Shown here one piece after another: positions 37,516 to 46,254 of a stretch of 64,000 nt of DNA; position 1 is the first letter of the stretch, and every line of letters starts with the position of its first letter. The DNA is taken from positions 18,598 to 82,597 of IMG/VR virus record IMGVR_UViG_2636416120_000006. One strand, given 5' to 3'. Below the pieces are notes generated by a model. It ran no database searches, was not told where the DNA came from, and saw nothing but the letters and a program-made list of their open reading frames with translations. The DNA is from a virus. Taxonomy: Duplodnaviria > Caudoviricetes. A program made the translations under genes and the position numbers.

Positions 37516-37717
37516 ATCTGCTAACTATCTGTATTCACTCACTTCTTGTTAGGAATATGTACTTATTGAGTTTATCGTCCGAAACGCGCTTGATGAAACT
37601 CCCTTCGGGGACCGGGCAGACCACCGCCGCAAGAGACCTTCGGGGCTCAACGCCACAGGTGCGACCGGAAACCGGAAACCCGGCCGAAACGGCCGCTAGA
37701 CACGGAAAGGCAAGACA

Positions 37718-38503
37718 ATGGCGCAGACGATTGCAGAACGGGCCGCGAAGGCGAAGGAAGCGGCCGACAAGGCGAAGGCGAAGGCCGACGCGCTGGACCG
37801 GCAGGCGGCGGAAGCCGCAGCCGACAAGAGGATCGACACTTTCGCGGCCGTCATGGACGTGGCCACGGCTTCGTTCACCGGTTCCCGCCGGTCACAGGTG
37901 CTGGCATGCACCGCGATCGGTTTCGCGATCGTGGCAACCGCCGCCGGATGGGTCGACGGAAAGTCGGTCGGTCTGGTCGAGGCGGTGGAACGGGCCCGGG
38001 CGTACATCACCGGTCAGGACAAGGCCGAGATGTCCGGCACCGACAAGGCGACGTTCAAGCGTGCGAAGGCCGTCGCCAGCCGCGTTGTGAAGGCGGACGC
38101 GACATTCCGTGCCACCCTGGCACAGTCGGCCAGCGTGCAGGACGGCATGGCGTTGCTCATGACGTCGCTGGACGCCGAGCACCCCGCCCGCCATATCGCC
38201 ACGGTCGCGGACCTGGATGGTGTGCTGTTCCCGGCGAAGGCGGCGAAGGCGCCGGAGTCGCCGTGGGTCCGCCTCGCGAAAGCGATGGTCACCCGCGTCG
38301 AGAAGCTGGCCGAAGACGGCGGGCCGTCGGGGGAGGAATTGGCCGACCTGGAAACGGCCCTGTCCACCCTGATCGACAATGTCGATCCCGGCATCATCGA
38401 TCGTATCGTGGCGCGGCGCGCGGCGACCGTGGCGCAAGGCGACGCGGAGCGTCTGGCCGCGGAACTTGACGCCGAAGACGAGGAACAGCGTCAGGCCGCC
38501 TGA
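37718..38503 (+). CDS. Ala-rich hypothetical protein (candidate immediate-early gene)
   Basis: Long ORF downstream of the LexA box and a structured leader. Confidence 0.7.
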   Translation: MAQTIAERAAKAKEAADKAKAKADALDRQAAEAAADKRIDTFAAVMDVATASFTGSRRSQVLACTAIGFAIVATAAGWVDGKSVGLVEAVERARAYITGQDKAEMSGTDKATFKRAKAVASRVVKADATFRATLAQSASVQDGMALLMTSLDAEHPARHIATVADLDGVLFPAKAAKAPESPWVRLAKAMVTRVEKLAEDGGPSGEELADLETALSTLIDNVDPGIIDRIVARRAATVAQGDAERLAAELDAEDEEQRQAA

Positions 38504-38592
38504 CCCGCGCCCGTCCACACCCACACTCACGACCCCGCCCGGCTTCCGGGCGGGGCCGGAGGCGTTCACCCGTTCGCGCAGGGAGGCGTGCG

Positions 38593-38799
38593 ATGTTCTC
38601 TGACTGGTGCAGCAACCCGAAGGCCGGGCATGGCCAATTGATGCGCGCCGGCATGCAAATTCGGGAACAGCGGCGGGCCGATGCGGTGGTCCGGTCGCAC
38701 AACCGAAGAATTTTCTTCAACGCGGACAAGCCCGGCACGCGCTGGGAACCGCCGGTGACCGCCGACACGCGGCGCCGCAAGGTGTGGTCCGCGACCTGA
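38593..38799 (+). CDS. Hypothetical protein
   Basis: GGGAGG SD upstream. Confidence 0.45.
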   Translation: MFSDWCSNPKAGHGQLMRAGMQIREQRRADAVVRSHNRRIFFNADKPGTRWEPPVTADTRRRKVWSAT

Positions 38800-39002
38800 A
38801 AGGAGGTGAGCTAGGTTCTCTAGGCGACTCTTATTACCCACCGCCCCGTCGCGAGCTAGACCGACGGGGCCTGCCCAAGGCTTGACATGAACACGCGTGG
38901 TTTACCCCGGCTGGTCGCTCCAGCCGGGGTTTTCGCGTTGCCATCCAGGCCCAGAGTGCCGCTCTGGGCCTGGATGGCAATACGATTCCCGAGGAGGAAC
39001 CA

Positions 39003-39080
39003 ATGTATGTGATCGCTTATGGAATGGTGATGCTGACCCTCGCGCTCGGAGTGATCATGTCGCTTCTGGTGGTGGGTTAG
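39003..39080 (+). CDS. Small hydrophobic peptide, 25 aa
   Basis: MYVIAYGMVMLTLALGVIMSLLVVG behind GAGGAGG hairpin RBS. Confidence 0.55.
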   Translation: MYVIAYGMVMLTLALGVIMSLLVVG

Positions 39081-39384
39081 TGGGAGAGGGTGAGGACCCC
39101 GAACCCGAGATACCAGCGAGAATGAGCGGCAGACGGAGAGGACCCCGAATTTGGGTCGAACCGCACGGGGTTGTGAGAAGTGGACGTGATTCCGGGTGGG
39201 GGTGGCCAAGCGGTTGAAATCGCTTGGCTTTTTTGGGCCTTGAATTTACTTCCTTCCCCTCTAGTGACTATTTTCTATACGTTTAAACGTCTAGGTAGGT
39301 ATATATAAAGTATAGAAAAAGAGGTTAGAAATATGGAAACAACGTGTTAGGAGGACGGGAAGTAAACATTGATGATCCTGAGGC

Positions 39385-40089
39385 GTGAGAATGCCTGAAT
39401 TAATGCCCCATGACGCCCCCCTGGTCAAGACCAAACGTGGTCGACCAAAACTCCCTATTATCAACAGGTTGCTGAAGTGCCTCGAAATCCCTAACTACGA
39501 CGTCGAGCACCTGCTCCGTCCCCGCCCAGATTGGCCTTTGGGCCTCGAGGACACCGACTGGCTATGGGTCGGCCCTGTCGAGAAGTCCGGGCTCAAGAAG
39601 CGCCGGACCTTCAACCAGTATGAGGAGTTGGTCACCTACGTGGGTGGTCGGTTCAAGCGCGAGCAATTCTACATCGACGGCACCTACCGCGCCGCGTCAC
39701 GCGTGCTCTACGAGCAGTTCGTCGGCCCCATCCCCGCCCACCTCGCCATCCGGCGCATCAAGTATCACGGGCACGATGCCGACTGCATCAACCCCTTCTG
39801 CATGAAGCTGCGCCCTCGGTCTCTGCTCGCCGAGCTGCAGCGGGAGATCGTTCAGGCCCACGACCTGGATGAGGACGGAGTCCCCGTCTTCTCCGACGAG
39901 GAACTCGCCGAGGAAACCGCCGAGGAGCTGGTCTCCTACTGGAACTCGTTCACCCCGGACCAGTTCTCCGCGTGGTTGACGAACCGCCTCCGACCCAGCG
40001 ACATCCCCGAGCATCACGCCGCCCTCGCCCACATCCAGGACCGGGACCTCATCCAGGCCGTGGAACGCATCCTGAGGAACATCCGATGA
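39385..40089 (+). CDS. Protein with degenerate HNH-like domain
   Basis: AASRVLYEQFVGPIPAHL...DCINP resembles HNH_3 consensus with His residues replaced. Confidence 0.55.
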   Translation: MRMPELMPHDAPLVKTKRGRPKLPIINRLLKCLEIPNYDVEHLLRPRPDWPLGLEDTDWLWVGPVEKSGLKKRRTFNQYEELVTYVGGRFKREQFYIDGTYRAASRVLYEQFVGPIPAHLAIRRIKYHGHDADCINPFCMKLRPRSLLAELQREIVQAHDLDEDGVPVFSDEELAEETAEELVSYWNSFTPDQFSAWLTNRLRPSDIPEHHAALAHIQDRDLIQAVERILRNIR

Positions 40090-40624
40090 TCACCTACACC
40101 ATGGGCGACGTCGACGCCGCCCTCCGCGCGATCTTCGGCCCGCACTACGACCCCCACGATCGCACCATCCACATGGACAGAGCCGCGGCCAGGTGTTTCG
40201 TCGAGCAGCGCCCCGAGGATCGCCACACCCAGGTTCTGCGCGCCGCCCTCACTCACCTCCGGAAGACCGGCGTCATCCTGCCTGAGGACGTGAGATGACC
40301 ATCAGAATCTCGTTCGATCAGCCCACCAAGGAAGAGGGCTTCGCCGAAGGTGGCTACTTCCACCCTGCGGGGGTGGCAATCGAATATGTCGGCAACGGCG
40401 AGTACACCCTCAGGCCCACTTACAGCGACGGTAGGATAGCCTCCCACGGCACCATCATCCCCCGGAACGCCATCCCCGCCCTCATCCGGGCCCTGGAGGA
40501 CGTCTGCGGCGACGCTGCGTGACTCGCCGACCCTCCCCGCTACCTGCGTAGCCCAGCCGCCTCCCCCGCCCTCAGCGGGCTTCTAAACGCGATAGAGGCG
40601 CGCAAGCAGAAACACTATTGCCGA

Positions 40625-40671
40625 GGTTGATACCAACCACATTTGCACTCAACCCCGCCCCCGCCCACACT
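40625..40671 (+). promoter_or_regulatory. Box-associated sigma70-type promoter
   Basis: GGTTGATACCAACC, then TTGCAC-N17-CACACT. Confidence 0.65.
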
Positions 40672-40689
40672 CCCCCCGAGACCACAACC

Positions 40690-40710
40690 CATCCCTGAGA
40701 GGGACAAATG
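40690..40710 (+). repeat. Representative copy of the recurrent hairpin-RBS motif CATCCCTGAGAGGGACMAATG (about 26 copies window-wide)
   Basis: Exact core ATCCCTGAGAGGGAC at 40691, 41042, 44945, 46644, 50089, 51331, 54566, 57252, 57591 and 61475, plus variants. Confidence 0.95.
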
Positions 40711-41049
40711 CAAATCGCCAGCATCAGCGGCCTCGACAACGATGTGCTTCGTTTCTCCTTCACCAACGGTTCCACATTGGAACTGCGGGACACCGGTCAG
40801 TCGTGCTGCGAATCCCGCTACATGACCTGTGACGACGACCTCAAGCCCATCATCGGCGCCACCCTGCTCGGGTGGGAGATCCGCGACGTCACCTACGATG
40901 GTGACGACTACGACGTTCACGAGATCCAGTTCCTGGTCGTGAACACCTCCCAGGGCTCCTTCACCGTCGCCAACCACAACGAGCACAACGGCTACTACGG
41001 CGGCTTCTCGATCGAGGAGCAGTGGACCCACCCTGCAACCCATCCCTGA
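40708..41049 (+). CDS. Conserved phage hypothetical protein
   Basis: SCCESRY...NEHNGYYGG; flanked by the motif on both sides. Confidence 0.75.
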   Translation: MQIASISGLDNDVLRFSFTNGSTLELRDTGQSCCESRYMTCDDDLKPIIGATLLGWEIRDVTYDGDDYDVHEIQFLVVNTSQGSFTVANHNEHNGYYGGFSIEEQWTHPATHP

Positions 41050-41058
41050 GAGGGACAA

Positions 41059-41451
41059 ATGACCCAGCTGATCACCACCGCCCAGATCAAGGCGGCGAAC
41101 CTGGCCGCCATCGAGAACCAGACTCTCGCGGCCATCAAGCCCAACTTCGACAACACCGGCCGGTGCAGCTACCTCGCCGGCTGCGCCATCAGTGTCGCCA
41201 TGTCACCCGAGACCCTCTCGGTCATCCGCGAGGAGCGCTCCGACGGCGAGAACATTCGTGAGCTCGTTGATATGGGCGTCGTGTCCGTCGAGGACACCAC
41301 GCTCGCCTACCGGCTGCAGGGCCTCCACGACAAGCTCGCCCTCAGCGGGTTCATCGACGACTGGACCATCGCGTGGTTCCGCGCCCTTGCCCCCTACGAG
41401 GGCCAGCGCATCACGATCGAGCACTACCGGTCCGTGATCGAGGCGCTCTGA
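41059..41451 (+). CDS. Cys-motif paralog family A, copy 1
   Basis: TTAQIKAANL..CSY..GCAI..RLQ..HD shared with 46242. Confidence 0.8.
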   Translation: MTQLITTAQIKAANLAAIENQTLAAIKPNFDNTGRCSYLAGCAISVAMSPETLSVIREERSDGENIRELVDMGVVSVEDTTLAYRLQGLHDKLALSGFIDDWTIAWFRALAPYEGQRITIEHYRSVIEAL

Positions 41452-41604
41452 ATGCGTGACACCCTCGACGACGCCATCAACCACGCCAAGGCCCATCCAG
41501 CGCCTTACACCTGGTACGTCTACGAGACGCCGTCGGGCAAATTCATCATCAGCGACTACCCGCCCACGTCCTGGCCCAGTTTCATACACAGGGCCACGAT
41601 CTAA
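41452..41604 (+). CDS. Hypothetical protein, 50 aa
   Basis: Manual translation MRDTLDDAINHAKAHPAPYTWYVYETPSGKFIISDY...; fills the gap exactly. Confidence 0.55.
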   Translation: MRDTLDDAINHAKAHPAPYTWYVYETPSGKFIISDYPPTSWPSFIHRATI

Positions 41605-41620
41605 TTCCCGCGAGGAACCA

Positions 41621-41986
41621 ATGACCCAGTTCAAGCACACTCCCGAAGAGGCCCGCACCAAGTGGGTCGAGGCCCTCCGCTCCGGCGAATACCAGCAGGG
41701 CAAGCACCAGCTGCGCGACGGCGACGGTTTCTGCTGCCTCGGCGTGGCCTGCGATCTGTTCGCCAAACTCGAGGGGATCGGCGAGTGGGACAACGGCCAC
41801 TTCAAGATCCAGCACGAGCGCGAATTCGGCGTCCTGCTCACGCCCGTGCGCACCTGGCTCGGCCTCCAGAGCAACACCGGGGACATCAACCCGACCAAGT
41901 GCCTCACCTCCCTCAACGACCGCGGCTACTCCTTCGCGGAGCTCGCCGACGTGATCGAGGAGAAGCCGGGAGACCTGATCGCATGA
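41621..41986 (+). CDS. Cys-motif paralog family B, copy 1
   Basis: FKHTPEEAR..WV.ALRSG.Y.Q..FCCLGVACD. Confidence 0.85.
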   Translation: MTQFKHTPEEARTKWVEALRSGEYQQGKHQLRDGDGFCCLGVACDLFAKLEGIGEWDNGHFKIQHEREFGVLLTPVRTWLGLQSNTGDINPTKCLTSLNDRGYSFAELADVIEEKPGDLIA

Positions 41987-42195
41987 ACGCCCCCGAACAC
42001 ATCCCGATCTTCCAACACGACGCCGACATCAAGGCCGGCATCGTCAACATCTACGAGCCCGACAACCCCGACTTCACCCGGTGCCCGGGCACGGTGTTCG
42101 ACATGCGCTTCGACACCCCCGACGCCCTCTACCGGATCCGGATCATCCCCGGCGGCCGGAAGCGGACAAAGGCGGCCTATCATGCTCACTCGTGA
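41983..42195 (+). CDS. Hypothetical protein
   Basis: ATGA coupling; start MNAPEH. Confidence 0.55.
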   Translation: MNAPEHIPIFQHDADIKAGIVNIYEPDNPDFTRCPGTVFDMRFDTPDALYRIRIIPGGRKRTKAAYHAHS

Positions 42196-42523
42196 TGATC
42201 TCAACGCCGCACTCACCGCGGCTCGAGAGCTGCATCGAACCGAACCTCATGCAGCCAACCTTCCGCTCCATCAAGCGATGGTCGATGCGATCATCAAGCT
42301 CGGGGGAATACCCCCGGGCCGAGCAAACCCCGACGACATCCCCTCCAACTGCGTTATCGATATCGGCACCGAGTTCAACGGCAACGGCGGCGGTGACACC
42401 TTCGACACCATCGAGCAAGCGGCCCAGTTCGCGGCGCAGTGGATCCGCGGTCTCGACTGGTCCGACGTCGGTTCCGACGGGGATGTCCGACTCATCGTTG
42501 GACTGAGGGATCGCGACGCATGA
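42182..42523 (+). CDS. Hypothetical protein
   Basis: Overlapping chain of genes. Confidence 0.6.
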   Translation: MLTRDDLNAALTAARELHRTEPHAANLPLHQAMVDAIIKLGGIPPGRANPDDIPSNCVIDIGTEFNGNGGGDTFDTIEQAAQFAAQWIRGLDWSDVGSDGDVRLIVGLRDRDA

Positions 42524-42846
42524 CCGCCCCCACTCCCGACCAGATCAAGATCCTCGTCGGCGCCGTGCGCGAGATCCTCGATGATTTTCCCTACATCGGG
42601 GAGAAATTCGACCCTCTGAGAGAGGCCCTCAAGCCGTTCGAGGAGCCTGCCCCCACCCAGACACCCGTGCTCAAGACCTATCGGGTCGACGTCCGCCGGA
42701 TGTACTACTCGACCGCGACCATCGACGTCGAGGCACGGGACGAGCACGACGCCCGATATCAGGCGCTGCATATCATCGAACCCAACTGGCCCGAGCCGGA
42801 CGTGTTCGGCGACGAGATCGACAGCATCACGGAGGTCACGCCGTGA
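42520..42846 (+). CDS. Hypothetical protein
   Basis: ATGA coupling; start MTAPTP. Confidence 0.6.
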   Translation: MTAPTPDQIKILVGAVREILDDFPYIGEKFDPLREALKPFEEPAPTQTPVLKTYRVDVRRMYYSTATIDVEARDEHDARYQALHIIEPNWPEPDVFGDEIDSITEVTP

Positions 42847-43019
42847 ACATCCTCTACGCCCTCGTCCTCGTCACCCACCTCGGCGCCGGCCCCTCCACCG
42901 TCGAGGTCGTCGACACGGGCCTCACCTTCGAGGACTGCGTCCCGCACCTGACCTACCTCGCGCTCCCGGGGGACCAGTACGTGGTCACCGAGTGTGTGGT
43001 GGATCGCCAGCCTTTCGCC

Positions 43020-43222
43020 GAGTAGGTCCTAGCCCTACTCCGGACCGGACCCCGGCGCAGGGGGTCGGTCGCCCCAACGACCTCGTCCGGCTCTGCCGCA
43101 AGCAGACATGGCGATGTACCACCTCCCCCGTCCGTTGCCCTGCGCCGGCGCGGATGGGACAACTGGGTATGAGCGAACACAGTGCCCCACCCAGGCTCAC
43201 AACCAGTGCCTGGGTGGGGCGG
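43020..43222 (+). ncRNA. Candidate structured RNA with kissing loop
   Basis: Several helices; loops GGCGCAG (43054-43060) and CTGCGCC (43140-43146) are exact complements. Confidence 0.45.
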
Positions 43223-43231
43223 GAGAACAAC

Positions 43232-43459
43232 ATGTCGGACATCTTCGAGAAGCATCCCCGCCCTTGGCGTGTCACGGACGAGTATCGTCGGTGGTTCACC
43301 GAGAACATCCACAATGAGAACCCTCCAGCCATTGTGGATGCCGCCTACGTCGAAGACGCGCCCTACTGCATCGATCATGTCGTGGTCGATGCCACTGAGG
43401 GCTTGAGGCTGGATCTCGATGTTGCCGATCAGATCGTGAACTGGGCCAACACAAAATGA
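43232..43459 (+). CDS. Hypothetical protein
   Basis: GGGAG SD; start MSDIFEKHPRPW. Confidence 0.6.
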   Translation: MSDIFEKHPRPWRVTDEYRRWFTENIHNENPPAIVDAAYVEDAPYCIDHVVVDATEGLRLDLDVADQIVNWANTK

Positions 43460-43663
43460 AGCTCAAATATGAGGGCCGCGACATCAGCGTCCAGGAAGCA
43501 GTCGAGGAAGCTATCTCGCCTGGCCCGAGATACGAGGGTGATCCCCTCGAGTTCGAGGTCGAGCAGCTCACCAAGATGATGGGCCGGCTGCTCAACACCT
43601 TGCCGATCGCCGTCGCCCATCGGATCATCGACGATTACCGCATCCACCTGGTCGGGGACGACA

Positions 43664-44071
43664 ATGCCACTTCGGGTTGAACTCCCGCGCGTGCTGCAAC
43701 TCGCCGACCCCGTCCAGACACCACCCTGGTCAGGGTGTCACAGCCTCGACCCCGGCCTGCCCCGGATGCTGGCAGCGGATGGAGATTTGCTCGACCAGTT
43801 GGTCGAGCCCGGAGCCGCGACGTTGCAGGTTCACGCCCGTCGAATCGCCTGGTTCATCGTCAACGGATGGCACCAGCCGATCCACGTTGATGTCGGTGTC
43901 CCTTCCCTCGGCTTCACACCACGATGGCCGATCGAGGACGGCAACCACCGTCTCTATGCCGCGAAGCTCCGCGGCGACACCCACATTCTGGTGACGATCT
44001 CCGGTTCCGTTGACCTGGCAGCGGAGCTGTTCGGCGTCACTGCCGACGTGATCATCGAACAGGACCCCTAA
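43664..44071 (+). CDS. ParB/Srx N-terminal-like domain protein
   Basis: PIHV...IEDGNHRLYAAKLRG motif. Confidence 0.7.
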   Translation: MPLRVELPRVLQLADPVQTPPWSGCHSLDPGLPRMLAADGDLLDQLVEPGAATLQVHARRIAWFIVNGWHQPIHVDVGVPSLGFTPRWPIEDGNHRLYAAKLRGDTHILVTISGSVDLAAELFGVTADVIIEQDP

Positions 44072-44245
44072 GACCAGTCAAGTCCCCGCCCTGATCCACA
44101 ACCTCACCCTGGGCGGGGTGTTGACTCGTCTCCCATCGCGACGACGCGGAACCACTCTCGAACAAACACGGGAGCCGCGGCGGGGACCGTCTGGGCAGTT
44201 TGATGCCGGCGAACGCCGGTCAGCCCCACCAGCACGAGCCAACCA

Positions 44246-44683
44246 CTAGCGACCATCATACCAGCGCCAACCTTGCCACTGCTTCCAATACGGTGCATCA
44301 AACCGTGGTCGGAGCTTGCCCAAGTAAACGTTCGCGTTGCACGACCCGCGCCCTCTAACTATTACGTCAGCCGGATCAAAGAGATCGGCGTGCTTGCGGA
44401 TGAACAGAGACAGATTCTTGAACCTATAGACGGTTCCATCTGGACTGAGCAGGGACCACTCACGAGCAGCGAAGTGTGTCTCGAAAGGACCTGCGATCGG
44501 CGAGCAGTGGACGGCCTCGAGACGCTTCTGATCGTTCGGAGTCGACACTCGTGAACGCCGTTTGAGCTCGTTTATGCAGGCACGACGCCCGCAGGTTTTC
44601 TTTGGGCGCGTCCAATGTTGGATAAACTGCACCTGCTTCCCACAAATCAAGCATGTCACGTCGAAGGTGTACTTCGTAGCCAT
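44246..44683 (-). CDS. Zn-finger plus homing-endonuclease-type DNA-binding domain protein
   Basis: CLICG..TCGRRAC; WSLLSPDGTVYRFKNLSLF; opposite strand and lower GC. Confidence 0.55.
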   Translation of the reverse strand: MATKYTFDVTCLICGKQVQFIQHWTRPKKTCGRRACINELKRRSRVSTPNDQKRLEAVHCSPIAGPFETHFAAREWSLLSPDGTVYRFKNLSLFIRKHADLFDPADVIVRGRGSCNANVYLGKLRPRFDAPYWKQWQGWRWYDGR

Positions 44684-44741
44684 GCCCTAAATCTAGCACG
44701 AACAACTTCGTGTTCGACAACCCCATTCCCGAGAGGAACCA

Positions 44742-44891
44742 ATGTCTCGCACCGAGCGCCGCACCCTGGCGCGGCGGCTGATCCGCCGTGCCCAGGTCCT
44801 GAAGGACCTCGCCCTCACCACCCGGAACCACACCCTCTTCAACGACGTCCGGGCCTTGCGCAACCAGGCCGCGAAAATTCTGGCCGGTTGA
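44742..44891 (+). CDS. Small basic protein, 49 aa
   Basis: MSRTERRTLARRLIRRAQVLKDLAL... behind hairpin RBS. Confidence 0.6.
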   Translation: MSRTERRTLARRLIRRAQVLKDLALTTRNHTLFNDVRALRNQAAKILAG

Positions 44892-44932
44892 TATCTACCC
44901 CGTTTGCCCCGTGGCCGGACTCCGGTCATCTT
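44886..44932 (+). promoter_or_regulatory. Box-associated promoter
   Basis: GGTTGATATCTACC, then TTGCCC-N17-CATCTT. Confidence 0.65.
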
Positions 44933-44961
44933 CCACTTCGACACATCCCTGAGAGGGACCA

Positions 44962-45429
44962 ATGCAGATCCACCTGACCATCCTCGTCAACCCGGATCCT
45001 ATGGCCCAGAGGATTCCCGACATCAAGACGCTGCGGGAGATCACGGGCTTCGGCCTCAAGCACTCCAAGGACATGATCGAGGGCGTCGCCTACGACGTCA
45101 TCCTCTCGGTCACCCAGCTCAATGAGCTCCTGGTCGCCTTCCCCAACCGGATCCGCATCGGCGAGCCGGTCCACGACCAGTTCGAGCACTACGAAGTCGA
45201 TAGGAGCGATGAGCATCCCACCGACGTCGTTCTCCATATGGATCACGACAAGCACTGGGACGCTCTCCACACCTTGAGCATCCGTCCCGAGCGCATGATC
45301 ACCGGTGTTCGGCTCTCCCGCGACCGCGCCATCGAGATCCTCGGCCAGATCGCCATCGACGGCATCGTGCTTCCGTCGATCGCCAGAGCCATCAATCCCA
45401 ACGTCCTGGTCGCCAGGACCAATCCCTAA
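44962..45429 (+). CDS. Protein with ribosomal L7/L12 C-terminal-like domain
   Basis: RIPDIKTLREITGFGLKHSKDMIE versus bL12 K..VIK.VREITGLGLKEAKDLVE. Confidence 0.65.
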   Translation: MQIHLTILVNPDPMAQRIPDIKTLREITGFGLKHSKDMIEGVAYDVILSVTQLNELLVAFPNRIRIGEPVHDQFEHYEVDRSDEHPTDVVLHMDHDKHWDALHTLSIRPERMITGVRLSRDRAIEILGQIAIDGIVLPSIARAINPNVLVARTNP

Positions 45430-45455
45430 CCCTCCCTCATTCCCGCGAGGAATCA

Positions 45456-45854
45456 ATGTTCAAGCACACCCCCGAGCAGGCCCGAGCGGCCTGGGTCGCG
45501 GCCCTGCGTTCCGGCCAGTACAAACAGACCACCGACACCCTCAAGGACGACTACGGTTTCTGCTGTCTCGGCGTCGCGTGCGACGTCTACGCCAAGCTGG
45601 AGCCGGAAACCGGTGCCAGTTGGGACGGCGACACCTTTGTCACCCCCAACCACGACGACGACCAGAACGACGCCACCCTGCCCACCCTCGTGCGCAATTG
45701 GCTCGGCCTCGACGGCTTCAGTGGTCCCCTGACGCGTGAGGCCACCCTGGCGACGTGCGCCGCCTCTCTCGCCAATCTCAACGACGACAAGGGCTTCACG
45801 TTCGCCCAGCTGGCGGACGTGATCGAGAACAAGGGAGTGGTGCTCCGTGGTTGA
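45456..45854 (+). CDS. Cys-motif paralog family B, copy 2
   Basis: FKHTPEQARAAWVAALRSG..FCCLGVACD. Confidence 0.85.
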   Translation: MFKHTPEQARAAWVAALRSGQYKQTTDTLKDDYGFCCLGVACDVYAKLEPETGASWDGDTFVTPNHDDDQNDATLPTLVRNWLGLDGFSGPLTREATLATCAASLANLNDDKGFTFAQLADVIENKGVVLRG

Positions 45855-46254
45855 GTTCAAGCACACTCCCGACCAGGCCCGTGCGGCCTGGGTCGCCGCT
45901 CTCCGCTCGGGCGAATACAAGCAGGGCAAGGGGAGGCTGCGAAGCTACCACGCGCCCTCCTATTGCTGCCTCGGCGTGGCCTGCGATGTGTTCCTCAAGC
46001 TTGAGGAACGGGGCGAGTGGCTCGATACCGTGTTCGATGTCAGCGGTGACAGCGCGGGCACCATTCTGCCACGCTCCGTCATGCGCTGGCTCGGCCTGAC
46101 CAGCGAGGGCGGGGATCTCGTCGAGGTGATCGCCGCCAGCAGCGAAGATGACGACCCCGCCGAAGACCTGATCGCTGTCAACGACCGCGGCATCGGCGAC
46201 TTCAACTTCATCGCCGACCTGATCGAGGGAGGGAAGGTCCAGTGCAACACCTGA
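45847..46254 (+). CDS. Cys-motif paralog family B, copy 3
   Basis: Same motifs as the other family B copies. Confidence 0.85.
   Translation: MVEFKHTPDQARAAWVAALRSGEYKQGKGRLRSYHAPSYCCLGVACDVFLKLEERGEWLDTVFDVSGDSAGTILPRSVMRWLGLTSEGGDLVEVIAASSEDDDPAEDLIAVNDRGIGDFNFIADLIEGGKVQCNT

Noticed and set aside
37565-37612. Hammerhead ribozyme (GAAAC ... TGATGA)
   Set aside because: The core is TTGATGA rather than CTGATGA, and the stems cannot be arranged in hammerhead topology.
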